A stretch of DNA of 63,308 nt, counting the filler. It is 4 parts of 4 records of this genome, joined end to end, with 100 filler letters (N's around TTAATTAATTAA, not from the genome) between each part and the next. Parts side by side here need not be neighbours in the genome. Positions count along the whole stretch, not along the records: positions 1 to 21,374 come from SRR31156797_1480; 3 more parts are not named here. One strand, 5' to 3'. Shown here one piece after another: positions 1-8,962 of this stretch. A program made the position numbers and the translations under genes. Below the pieces are notes generated by a model that had not been told where the DNA came from, did not search any database, and was given only the letters and a program-made list of their open reading frames with translations. Numbering within the stretch: position 1 is the stretch's first letter; each line of letters opens with the position of its first letter.

Positions 1-2
1 GG

Positions 3-1241
3 ATTCAAAGTGTTCTGAACAAGGCTTATCCTCAGCGCCAAATCCTCCAGGCTCCCCAATGACCCCAACGGCTTGGTCTTGTTATCCATCTTGCTGATTG
101 CTTCGGCCCTGATATCATCCGACAGGGGGCCAATGGCTTCAAGGACATCTTCAAACCCTCGAAATTCATGGTCGGCCATGGGTTCATTTTCAGCATTCAT
201 TTTCAATAACGCCGACGGTTTGCCCCCGAAAATTTCCGGACCCGCATTTCCCGGGGAAAAGCTTACGCCATTTTCCTTGCCGCCAAAATCAATGACATAT
301 TTGAGCGCTTTTCCCGTAAGGATATCCGGCATTAATGCCGCAGCCCTTTGGGGGGGGATGATTTCCTCAATCAACTTTTCAAAGGATGGGGCCATTTTTC
401 CAATCAGATTGAGACCGTCCCGCATATTTTTTCGGGTTAGGCCATAGGCCCCTGAAACGGTCATCTCTTTGTAATGCATCAGGTTAAGGAGGTTCGTCTC
501 CAGGGTCTTATTCTTGGTCAGCCCCCCAAAAAAGGAGAGTCGGCCGCCTTTGGCCAGTTTTGCGACGCACATGCTGAAAGCCGTAGGGTCCGCGCACGCG
601 TTCAGCGCCATATGGAATTCACTCTCGGGGGTCTCCTTCCGGAGCCTGATGTTCAGGGCCCGCTGAAATTCCGCTGAACGCTCGATCTTTTTCTCATCCT
701 TTTCAATGACCAGCGGGATAACCCCCAGCTCCCGGCATGCCAGGGCCGCCATCAACCCCACGCTCCCCCCCCCATAGATGATAATCCGCTCACCTTTCCG
801 GGGTTGAAGGGGCTCCAGGGCGTTTAGCACGCAGCCGGCCGGTTCCGCCAAAGAGGCCACGGGGAGAGGGATATGATCATCAACCGGAATCATGCTTTCC
901 TGAGGGGTCATGACATGGCTGGAAAAGCCCCCGTCATGGTGAAACCCCATGATCTTCATCTGCTCGCAAAGGTTCTCCCGCCCGCTCAGACAGAAATTGC
1001 AATGGCCGCAGGTTCTTCCGGGCCATATGGCGAATCTTTTGCCATTGTCTCCTTCAGCGATGAGTTCATGCCCCAATACCCTCGGCAAAACCAGATCCCG
1101 GTGACCCTCGTTCCACATCTTGGCATCTGTTCGGCATATGGCGCAGTATTGCACCTTCAGAAGCCGAAACCCCTCTTCAGGACCATGGGTTTCCGCCTCC
1201 TTCATTTCCAGTTTTTTCAATCCGGTCAGCAGCAGTCTCAT
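3..1241 (-). CDS. cobT: Fusion of a Zn-dependent medium-chain dehydrogenase (MDR, threonine/sorbitol dehydrogenase-like) with the N-terminus of nicotinate-nucleotide:DMB phosphoribosyltransferase CobT; runs off the window edge
   Basis: Manual translation from ATG 1241 (MRLLLTGLKKLEM...) gives CAICRTD, GHE, CGHCNFCLSGRENLC and GGGSVG (MDR Zn and NAD motifs), then in the same open frame KMDNKTKPLGSLGSLEDLA (CobT N-terminal signature). Absent from the ORF track because there is no stop codon inside the window. Confidence 0.85.
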   Translation of the reverse strand, partial: MRLLLTGLKKLEMKEAETHGPEEGFRLLKVQYCAICRTDAKMWNEGHRDLVLPRVLGHELIAEGDNGKRFAIWPGRTCGHCNFCLSGRENLCEQMKIMGFHHDGGFSSHVMTPQESMIPVDDHIPLPVASLAEPAGCVLNALEPLQPRKGERIIIYGGGSVGLMAALACRELGVIPLVIEKDEKKIERSAEFQRALNIRLRKETPESEFHMALNACADPTAFSMCVAKLAKGGRLSFFGGLTKNKTLETNLLNLMHYKEMTVSGAYGLTRKNMRDGLNLIGKMAPSFEKLIEEIIPPQRAAALMPDILTGKALKYVIDFGGKENGVSFSPGNAGPEIFGGKPSALLKMNAENEPMADHEFRGFEDVLEAIGPLSDDIRAEAISKMDNKTKPLGSLGSLEDLALRISLVQNTLN

Positions 1242-1245
1242 GTTC

Positions 1246-2361
1246 TTAATGGGACCCCGCTTTGGTCAGCGCCCACAATCTTCTGACGCCCTCTTCCGGA
1301 TCTCGATTCTGAATCTTCACCCAGTTCTCAAGCGTATTAAAAGCCGACCCCTCTTTCAAGAGCGAACATGCCTTCATGACACCTTCCTTGATGGAAGGGA
1401 CACTTCCCGCCACATGGAATATCAGCCCTGCATTCAGGGCTACGGCCTCAAAACGGGCTCCGGTTTTTTCACCCCGCAACAACGCTACAAAATCCCTGGC
1501 TTCCCGATCCATATCCGGAACGGGCGTAAGGTCGGATGGATTACAGGTATTGAGGCCATAATCCTCCGGACGGAAATCATATTCCGCTATTTCGCCATCC
1601 GCCTTCAACTCCGCACAATAGGTCCTGCCGCAGACCGATGCTTCATCCATACCTTTTAAGGCGTTATCGATACTGCCGTAAAGAACCAGGGCCCTCTCAT
1701 ATCCAATGGCTTTCATCACCCTGGCCACCGGCATGATCATCTCCCTTGAATAGACCCCCCTGACCCCGATTCTGGGCATGGCGGGGTTCGCGAGAGAAGC
1801 GGCGATGTTAAGGGTTGAGCCGAAATGGATGTTGGAAAGTATCCGTCCAAGGGCCTGGGGATGGATCTCGGCGCTCATACCGTTAAACAGCCCGATACCG
1901 GCCTCGTTAATACTCTCGGCAACCACATCGGCGCTGCACTCCACATCAACTCCCAGGGTCTCGGCCATGTCAACGGTCCCGCATGGGGAGGTAATGGCCC
2001 GCGCCCCGTGCCGGGCCATGCGGATACCGCCTGAAGCCGCAATGATGGAGGCGGCCGTACTGATGTTGAAGGTCTTGAAGGAATCCATGCCCGTGCCGCA
2101 GTTCTCAACAATGGGCCCGGGGTCATTGGATGCAATTTTCACCGTATCAAGCTCGTAGATGGCCTCCCAGCTTCCCGCAACCTCCTCTTCCGTTTCACCT
2201 TTTGCGGTCATGGCCGCCAGAAACGCCCCCTGCTGCATATCGGTTGTTTCATTCTTCAGGATCGTGTAAAAGGCGCCTTTCGCTTCCTCCCTGGAAAGGT
2301 CCTCCTTTTGAACCAGCCGTGTTATCAAACCCCCAAAAGCCTTATTCATTGCCGTTTCCAT
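1246..2361 (-). CDS. Anthranilate phosphoribosyltransferase-family (TrpD-like) protein with divergent motifs
   Basis: QQGAFLAAMTAKGET, CGTGMD-FKTFNISTAAS, RHGAR, GMDEAS and VALNAG match the TrpD fold; strong GGAGG RBS. Not in a trp operon. Confidence 0.85.
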   Translation of the reverse strand: METAMNKAFGGLITRLVQKEDLSREEAKGAFYTILKNETTDMQQGAFLAAMTAKGETEEEVAGSWEAIYELDTVKIASNDPGPIVENCGTGMDSFKTFNISTAASIIAASGGIRMARHGARAITSPCGTVDMAETLGVDVECSADVVAESINEAGIGLFNGMSAEIHPQALGRILSNIHFGSTLNIAASLANPAMPRIGVRGVYSREMIMPVARVMKAIGYERALVLYGSIDNALKGMDEASVCGRTYCAELKADGEIAEYDFRPEDYGLNTCNPSDLTPVPDMDREARDFVALLRGEKTGARFEAVALNAGLIFHVAGSVPSIKEGVMKACSLLKEGSAFNTLENWVKIQNRDPEEGVRRLWALTKAGSH

Positions 2362-2631
2362 GCCTCCTCCTTTCCTTGATTCAGTATTATTCTGAATAAA
2401 GGGCCGTCAAAACATGGTGAATAGAGATTCACCCGAGAGAAGAAAAAAAGGATATGCAGTGCGTCTAATGGAAGAGACCGATACCGGGTAGAAATACCTT
2501 AGGGGGAAGAGCGTTCTGTTTGATATGCCCGGATGCTGCATGCACTTATACCCTTTTAGTCATTCATAACGGTTCTGATGACCACAAAAGATATGGATAG
2601 CATCCAGCTGGGATATCCGGAAGTTTTTAAC

Positions 2632-2810
2632 GACAGGCAGGCTTTCTGGCTTAAGGATCAATCTACCGACCGCGCCTTCCCGGTCTCCCAGTGGCATATT
2701 GCGGCTTTCGTCCCCTTACACAGCAATGGCTGGTTTGCGATGGACTCTCACCATCTTTCCTTTTAACATCACATAATCGGTTCCATCCGGCTATGCGATA
2801 CACCTGTGTC
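2632..2810 (-). ncRNA. Cobalamin riboswitch
   Basis: Minus strand reads AGGTG...TTAAAAGGAAAGATGGTGAGAGTCCATCGC...GCCACTGGGAGACCGGGAAGGC...AAGCCAGAAAGCCTGCC, the B12-box and core elements; lies upstream of a cobT-containing operon. Confidence 0.88.
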
Positions 2811-3050
2811 AGGTAAACAAATATATGCCGGCGGAAAAAATGTCAATTATATTTTTTTGTTTTCCGGCTTCTTTCTCTCCATTTTCACGGTTGGCAAGAA
2901 TCCTTTTGTCAGAAAACAATCAATTTTGCCGTCAAACATTCGGTCCTACGAAGCGTCTTTTCGATTCGGATCAAATATTGCGTGTCGACTCCAACAAGCT
3001 AATCCTGTAGAATGAACGCCACTGAAAATCGTAAAAAAAGGAGATATGGA

Positions 3051-4499
3051 ATGTATGATGTCATTATCAAAAACGCCCGCATCCCCCAGGGTGACGAAAC
3101 CCGCAAGACCAACATTCTGGTTCAAGATGAAAAGATTGCCGGATTCATGGACAGTCTCGACGGCATTGAAGGAAAAGAAACAATAGATGCCGAAGGGCAT
3201 TTGACACTGCCGGGCTGCATCGATTCCCATACCCATATCATGGATCCCGGATTTACCCACCGGGAGAATTTCCTGACCGGAACGTCGGCTGCGGCCAGCG
3301 GGGGAATCACCACCATCATCGATATGCCCTGCTGTTCAAAACCTTCAGTCAGGAGCGTGGAGCAACTGCACAACAAGATCCACAAGATCAAGGATAAGGC
3401 CATGGTTGATTTCGCCTCCTGGGGCGGCGTAACCGGGGAGGATGTGAGGGAAGGCTGGCTGCATCATGTTCAGGAACAGGTGGAAGCAGGGGTCGTCGCT
3501 TTTAAGGTCTACATGACGCCGTCGGTCCCCACCTACCCGAAGGTCACGGATCCGGAAATGCTCCAATGTTTCAGAACGGTGGCCAAAACCGGCCTCCCCG
3601 TGGGGGTCCACGCCGAAAATTACGATATATGCGACTTCTATGTGAAGAAACTTGAGAAAGAAGGTCGTACGGACGGCCCGGCCTGGTCCGAGGCAAGAAT
3701 GACCCTGGCCGAAAAAGCGGCCATTGAACTCTGTATCTCCTTTTCGGAAGACACCGGATGCAGAATGCACATCGTCCACATGAGCACCGGCATCGGCGGG
3801 CTGCTGATCGGTGAAGCGAAAAAGAGAGGGCTTGACGTAACGGCCGAGGTCTGTCCCCATTACCTCACGTTGAATGCACCGGAACATATGGGAGAATTCA
3901 GGCAATTCGCCAAGATCGCCCCGCCGCTTAGAAGCAAAAAAGACAATCAGGTCATGTGGGACTGCCTTGCCGATGGCAGAATCGATTTTGTGGCCACCGA
4001 CCATGCCCCCTATGAGATCGCCACCGAGAAGCCCGACCATATCTGGCATTCTTTCCCCGGTATTCCCGGCGTGGAAACCATGGCGCCCGTCATCATCAGT
4101 GAAGGTTACAACAAAGGGAGGCTGCCCCTTAGCAGACTGGTTGAGGTATTATCCGAATTTCCGGCCAAACACTACGGGCTTTACCCGAAAAAAGGATCCA
4201 TGTTCATGGGAGCGGATGCGGATTTTACCATCTTCGACCTTGAAAAAGAATGGACCATCGACAAGGACAAAATGGTTACCATGGCCAAGTACAGCCCTTT
4301 TCACGGCTACAAGCTGAAAGGGAAACCCTTTAAAACCATTGTCCGGGGTAAGGTCGTATATGACCATAGGGAAGGTCTGGTGGGCGTGCAGGGTTATGGA
4401 CAGTTTGTCAAAAGGCAGCGCATTCAGAAATTGGAGAAAAGAATTGCCTACCGGCAGAAATACACGGATCCGCTGGATATTCATCTGGCCCTGCGTTAG
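3051..4499 (+). CDS. Cyclic amidohydrolase (allantoinase/dihydroorotase family)
   Basis: PGCIDSHTH, AAASGGITT, FKVYM, HAEN, HIVHMS and TDHAP binuclear-metal motifs. The ATG at 3051 follows GGAG; the ORF track starts at 3012. Confidence 0.9.
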   Translation: MYDVIIKNARIPQGDETRKTNILVQDEKIAGFMDSLDGIEGKETIDAEGHLTLPGCIDSHTHIMDPGFTHRENFLTGTSAAASGGITTIIDMPCCSKPSVRSVEQLHNKIHKIKDKAMVDFASWGGVTGEDVREGWLHHVQEQVEAGVVAFKVYMTPSVPTYPKVTDPEMLQCFRTVAKTGLPVGVHAENYDICDFYVKKLEKEGRTDGPAWSEARMTLAEKAAIELCISFSEDTGCRMHIVHMSTGIGGLLIGEAKKRGLDVTAEVCPHYLTLNAPEHMGEFRQFAKIAPPLRSKKDNQVMWDCLADGRIDFVATDHAPYEIATEKPDHIWHSFPGIPGVETMAPVIISEGYNKGRLPLSRLVEVLSEFPAKHYGLYPKKGSMFMGADADFTIFDLEKEWTIDKDKMVTMAKYSPFHGYKLKGKPFKTIVRGKVVYDHREGLVGVQGYGQFVKRQRIQKLEKRIAYRQKYTDPLDIHLALR

Positions 4500-4557
4500 G
4501 ATCATCTTCGGCAAACAGCCGGGGAACCGTGAAAAGCAAGAAATCATTCCACTTTGA

Positions 4558-6048
4558 GTGGGCGACGGGACAAAACCATTGAAAAGCCTCAGAGACTATA
4601 TTAAAGAACTGAATGAAATTGGAGAGATTCAGGAAATTGACCGTGAAGTGGACTGGAACCTGGAAATAGGGGGCATTATCAAACGCTCCTATGACCTGGG
4701 GGCGCCGGCACCCCTGTTCAACCGGATCAAGGGCATTGAACCGGGATTCCGAGTGCTCGGAGCACCGGCGGGAATGAGCCGTCAGAAAGGCCTGGCCTTT
4801 GCCCGGGTGGCCCTATCCTTGGGAATGTCACCCCGTGCCGATGGACCCGAGATCGTGGATGCACTTTCCAGAACATGGGAGAGGAAATTCATCCCCCCGG
4901 AAATCGTTGGGAAAGGTCCGTGCAAGGAGAATATACAGACAGGTAAAAACGTGGACCTTTACAGGCTTCCGGCCCCCTTTATTCATAAGGATGACGGCGG
5001 CAGATACCTGAACACCTGGGGAATCGTCATTGTTAGGACGCCTGACCGGAAATGGACCAACTGGTCCATCAACAGGGTCATGATCACAGGCAGGAATACA
5101 CTGACCGGCACCGGTTTTAAAGGACAGCACCTGGGGGTCATCTTCAATCAGTGGAAAGAAAAAAACACCCCCATGCCCTTTGCCGTCGCCATGGGGGTCG
5201 ACCCCGCAATCCCCTTTGTGGGCGGCATGCCGATTCCCGAGGGCGTCTCCGAACCCGACTTTATGGGCGGATACCTGGGGGAACCCGTCAACGTCATTGA
5301 CTGCGAGACCGTTGACATACAGGTTCCCGCCGGTTCGGAGATCGTCATCGAAGGAACCATAGACCCGGATAAGGAGATGGAAGAAGGCCCCATGGGAGAA
5401 TATACCGGGTATATTTCCAAAGGCGGGTCTTCCCTTGAGCCGCTTTACGACGTATCAGCCATCACCCACAGAAATGCCCCGATCCTTCCCGTGGTGGCCG
5501 CGGGAGAGCCCGTTGAGGAAAACCATACCTGCTGGGGAATCGGCATCGCGGCCCAGGCGACGGCGGAATTGAGAAAACACGATTTTCCCGTGGCAAGGTG
5601 CTTCATCCCCTTGGAATCGGCAGTGCACTGGTTGGTGGTTACGGTGAACAGGTCGTCCGGGAGCAAATTCTCCGGAAAAGAACTGGTGCAAAAGCTGGCG
5701 GAGATCTTTTTCCCATCCAAAGCCGGCGTTTTGCTGTCAAAGGTGCTCTTGGTGGACGACGACATTGATCCCGGCAACATCAACGAGGTGGTATGGGCCT
5801 TTGCCGGCAGGTCCCATCCTGAACAGGGGCAGTTTCTGTTTCCGGATCTGGCCCCTTTTCCACTGCAGTTGTTCGTAACCCCTGAAGAAAAGGCCTCCCG
5901 GAAATCCACCAAGGTCATCTACAACTGCCTGTATCCGGACCATCTTAAAGGAAAACGAATTCCCCAAAGACTCTCCCTGGAAAATCTGTGCGGAGAATCC
6001 GTGAAGAAAAAGATTCTGGCCAATTGGCACAAATACGGTTACAAATAG
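4558..6048 (+). CDS. UbiD-family prFMN-dependent decarboxylase, HudA/Fdc1-like clade
   Basis: EIGGI..R, APAPLFN, DGGRY, EGPMGEYTGY, EENHTCWG, VDDDID and VIYNCLYP. The true start may be TTG 4579. Confidence 0.92.
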   Translation: MGDGTKPLKSLRDYIKELNEIGEIQEIDREVDWNLEIGGIIKRSYDLGAPAPLFNRIKGIEPGFRVLGAPAGMSRQKGLAFARVALSLGMSPRADGPEIVDALSRTWERKFIPPEIVGKGPCKENIQTGKNVDLYRLPAPFIHKDDGGRYLNTWGIVIVRTPDRKWTNWSINRVMITGRNTLTGTGFKGQHLGVIFNQWKEKNTPMPFAVAMGVDPAIPFVGGMPIPEGVSEPDFMGGYLGEPVNVIDCETVDIQVPAGSEIVIEGTIDPDKEMEEGPMGEYTGYISKGGSSLEPLYDVSAITHRNAPILPVVAAGEPVEENHTCWGIGIAAQATAELRKHDFPVARCFIPLESAVHWLVVTVNRSSGSKFSGKELVQKLAEIFFPSKAGVLLSKVLLVDDDIDPGNINEVVWAFAGRSHPEQGQFLFPDLAPFPLQLFVTPEEKASRKSTKVIYNCLYPDHLKGKRIPQRLSLENLCGESVKKKILANWHKYGYK

Positions 6049-6078
6049 GTTAAAAAAGCCAAGCTACCAAGGAACAGG

Positions 6079-6762
6079 ATGAACGAAATGAAAGGCCCCA
6101 CCGATCGTGAAATTTCCCTTGAAATTCTTTCCCCCCAGTCCCGGGCCACTGCGGTGGTGGTTCAGACGGTTTCTCCGGAAAGATCCCATGAATTTCTGGA
6201 ATGGCAGCGGGGGATCACTCGGGATGCCTCTCTTCACCCGGGTTACAAATATACGGAGATCTACCAGCCGGCGCCGGGCCCCAGGGCCGAGTGGGTGACG
6301 GTGGTCCACTTCGAAAGCAATTCCCTGTTGGAAGCCTGGATCAAATCCCCTGTTCGTAGGAAATGGGTGGAGGATTTCAGGACGCGGTTTGGAGACTTCA
6401 CACTGAAACGTACCGGTGGCTTTGATGCATGGTTTTCGGACGTGGACGGCGAAAATGAAAAGATTCCCGATTGGAAAATGGTCCTTTCCGTGGTGACGGC
6501 GCTCTACCCCACCGTCATGGTCCTGACCTATTGGCTGCTGACCCCGTTTCTCAAACCGCTCCCCTTTGCGGCGCAGATGCTCATGGGAAATATCGCCAGC
6601 GTTGCATTTCTGCAATGGGTTGCCATGCCCCTGCTGACGCGGCGCCTTTCGTTCTGGCTTCGGCCCACAAAAACCACCGGTTTGGGGATCACCCTTGCAG
6701 GACTTGCCGGGATACTGGTAAGTCTAGCCTTGATGCTCTGGCTTTTCACCTCAGTCGGCTAG
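6079..6762 (+). CDS. Antibiotic biosynthesis monooxygenase (ABM)-like domain with C-terminal membrane helices
   Basis: EFLEWQ..I...PGY and VHFES..LEAWIKSPVRRKW, followed by P-x-WKM...LYP and about three hydrophobic segments. Confidence 0.75.
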   Translation: MNEMKGPTDREISLEILSPQSRATAVVVQTVSPERSHEFLEWQRGITRDASLHPGYKYTEIYQPAPGPRAEWVTVVHFESNSLLEAWIKSPVRRKWVEDFRTRFGDFTLKRTGGFDAWFSDVDGENEKIPDWKMVLSVVTALYPTVMVLTYWLLTPFLKPLPFAAQMLMGNIASVAFLQWVAMPLLTRRLSFWLRPTKTTGLGITLAGLAGILVSLALMLWLFTSVG

Positions 6763-6850
6763 GATTTTCCGGCTCGTGGAATTCCAGGAAAATGTACCCC
6801 GTAACTTAAAAACCCAACGGAAAACCAGGCAATAAGAAAGGAACAGCATA

Positions 6851-7417
6851 ATGACCCACGATGAATTGATTGCAGAAGCATGCCGACTGGCCAAGGAGTC
6901 CGTTGACAACAATTGGGGCGGCCCCTTTGGCGCGGTCATTGCCAGAGACGGGGAGATTATCGCCCGGGGCCAGAACCGGGTGCTGCTCACGGGAGACATC
7001 ACGGCCCACGCCGAGGTTGAAGCCATCCGCAAAGCCGCACGCGTCATCAACCCCTATTCCCCCTCCATCAGTCCCACCAACCAGAACAAATCGACCCTTC
7101 AGTTCGTGCCGCGCCCGGAAGGGTCACCCGACCCCGTGCCAGAGCGCGCCAGGATGCTCATGGGGCATGAGATTTTCATCAGCGGCGCCCCCTGCCCCAT
7201 GTGCATGAGCGCCATTTACTGGGCCCGGATCGATGCGGTGTACTTTGCCTGCGACCTGGAAGATACCCGGAAAATCGGTTTTGACGACGCTTTTCAGTAT
7301 GAGGATTTTGCCCTGCCCCTGGACCAGCGTCGCATCAAGATCAAGCAATATCGTCAGGATCTGGGCCTTAAAGCCTATGAGGCGTGGACCGACAAGAAGG
7401 ACCGGCACTTTTATTAA
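6851..7417 (+). CDS. Nucleoside/guanine deaminase (CDA fold, GuaD-like)
   Basis: GGPFGAVI, HAEVEAIR, PCPMC Zn motif and GFDD; carries an extra Pro-rich insertion between HAE and PCPMC. Confidence 0.88.
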   Translation: MTHDELIAEACRLAKESVDNNWGGPFGAVIARDGEIIARGQNRVLLTGDITAHAEVEAIRKAARVINPYSPSISPTNQNKSTLQFVPRPEGSPDPVPERARMLMGHEIFISGAPCPMCMSAIYWARIDAVYFACDLEDTRKIGFDDAFQYEDFALPLDQRRIKIKQYRQDLGLKAYEAWTDKKDRHFY

Positions 7418-7449
7418 CCATCAGGAGAAGAGACCGCCGTCGAAACACC

Positions 7450-8019
7450 ATGGATGAATTGAAAAAAAGGATTCAAAAGGATGGCCGCGTCCTCAACGAC
7501 CATGTGCTAAAGGTCGACGGTTTTCTGAATCACCAGATCGATGTTCACCTCATGGACCGGATGGGTCGCGCCATTTTCCATCATTTCCATGAATACGGCA
7601 TCACAAAAATTCTGACCGTCGAAACATCGGGAATCGCCGTGGCCTGTTCGGTGGCCCGATGCTTTCATGTGCCACTTGTTTTCGCCCGCAAAACGCCCAC
7701 CCTGACATCGGTTGATGATCAATACACTGCCGAAATCTTTTCCTTCACCCAACAAAAAAAGTTCACCATCACGGTCAGTAAACGGTTTCTTTCGTCCCAT
7801 GACAAGGTATTGTTGGTGGACGACTTTCTGGCCCGTGGTCAGGCTTTGATGGGCCTTATCAACATTGTCCATCAGTCCGGCGCCACACCGGCCGGGGCGG
7901 GAATTGTCATTGAAAAGGCCTTTCAGGATGGTGGAAAACGGGTGAGGAACCAAGGGGTTGAAGTCTATTCTCTCACCCGTATCTCATCCCTTGAAAATGG
8001 GCAAGTGCTTTTTTCGTGA
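7450..8019 (+). CDS. xpt: Xanthine phosphoribosyltransferase
   Basis: VLKVDGFLNHQID, ILTVETSGIA, VFARK and LLVDDFLARG; 189 aa from ATG 7450. Confidence 0.92.
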   Translation: MDELKKRIQKDGRVLNDHVLKVDGFLNHQIDVHLMDRMGRAIFHHFHEYGITKILTVETSGIAVACSVARCFHVPLVFARKTPTLTSVDDQYTAEIFSFTQQKKFTITVSKRFLSSHDKVLLVDDFLARGQALMGLINIVHQSGATPAGAGIVIEKAFQDGGKRVRNQGVEVYSLTRISSLENGQVLFS

Positions 8020-8052
8020 TCCCGGTTCATGGACCAGGCGGGAGACACGCCG

Positions 8053-8739
8053 TCAAATCCGCTTTTCCGATTCTTCACGAATTTTTTCGACCAACTCGGC
8101 GTAAGGGCTGTTTTCCGGAAAGGCATCCATAAGAAGAGCTGCATAACCCTTTATCTTTTCCAATGCGTTTGTCTGAACATCGATGATGGTCTCATAATCT
8201 TTTTGGATGCCGAAGAGATGGTCAATTTTGCCACCCAATGACCTCAATAAGGATTGAAGCCGCTCATCGGGAAGATCCTCCCGGTTCATCAACAATTCCA
8301 ACACTTGATGATGTAGTTTTTTGTAAGTGCCCAGGGTTCTCTCGGAATCAATAAACCGTCTGTATTGCAGAACCCTTTCGATCTTATCATTCAAATCATT
8401 GAGGGGAACGGGTTTCATAATGTAGTCAAAGGCGCCCAGTTTCATGGCTTCCACGGCCGTTCCCACGGTTGCGTACCCCGTGATCATGATCACTTCGGTC
8501 GATGGTGCATATTCCCTGGCATACCGCAAAAGCGTCATTCCACCCTCTCTGTTACCGTTACGATCGGGCATGTTCTTGTCCGTCAGTAATATGTCGTACT
8601 CATTTTTATTAATCAACGCCAAGGCATTGTCTACGCTTTGGGCCAGGTCTACCTGGTATCCAAGACCCGTCATGAAATCAAAAAGCATATCCAGGATGTC
8701 CCTTTCATCGTCGGCTACCAGAATTCTTGCTTTCATCAT
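8053..8739 (-). CDS. Response regulator receiver protein with helical C-terminal extension
   Basis: ILVADDE, LLTDKNMP, MITGYAT and GAFDYIMKP. Confidence 0.88.
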   Translation of the reverse strand: MMKARILVADDERDILDMLFDFMTGLGYQVDLAQSVDNALALINKNEYDILLTDKNMPDRNGNREGGMTLLRYAREYAPSTEVIMITGYATVGTAVEAMKLGAFDYIMKPVPLNDLNDKIERVLQYRRFIDSERTLGTYKKLHHQVLELLMNREDLPDERLQSLLRSLGGKIDHLFGIQKDYETIIDVQTNALEKIKGYAALLMDAFPENSPYAELVEKIREESEKRI

Positions 8740-8962
8740 TTATCTCACGCAATCATATTCCATGGATTGAATTAAAGCCTCAAACATTGGGGCTCTTAAA
8801 GGCGAAAATGCCATCACTGTCTTTTAAGGTAATGTATTGGATTATGGGCCAAGGCGTCAAGAATGAATTCCTTTTTAACAGCTCAAGATATCAATGAACA
8901 ATAACCTTAGAGAGCAAAAAATGGTGGGGAAAGCAAGTTAAAAGATCTGAAAACCATGAATT

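Noticed and set aside
73-1659. Plus-strand ORFs 73-447, 474-677, 873-1286 and 1120-1659
   Set aside because: Antisense shadows of the real minus-strand MDR::CobT and TrpD-like genes.
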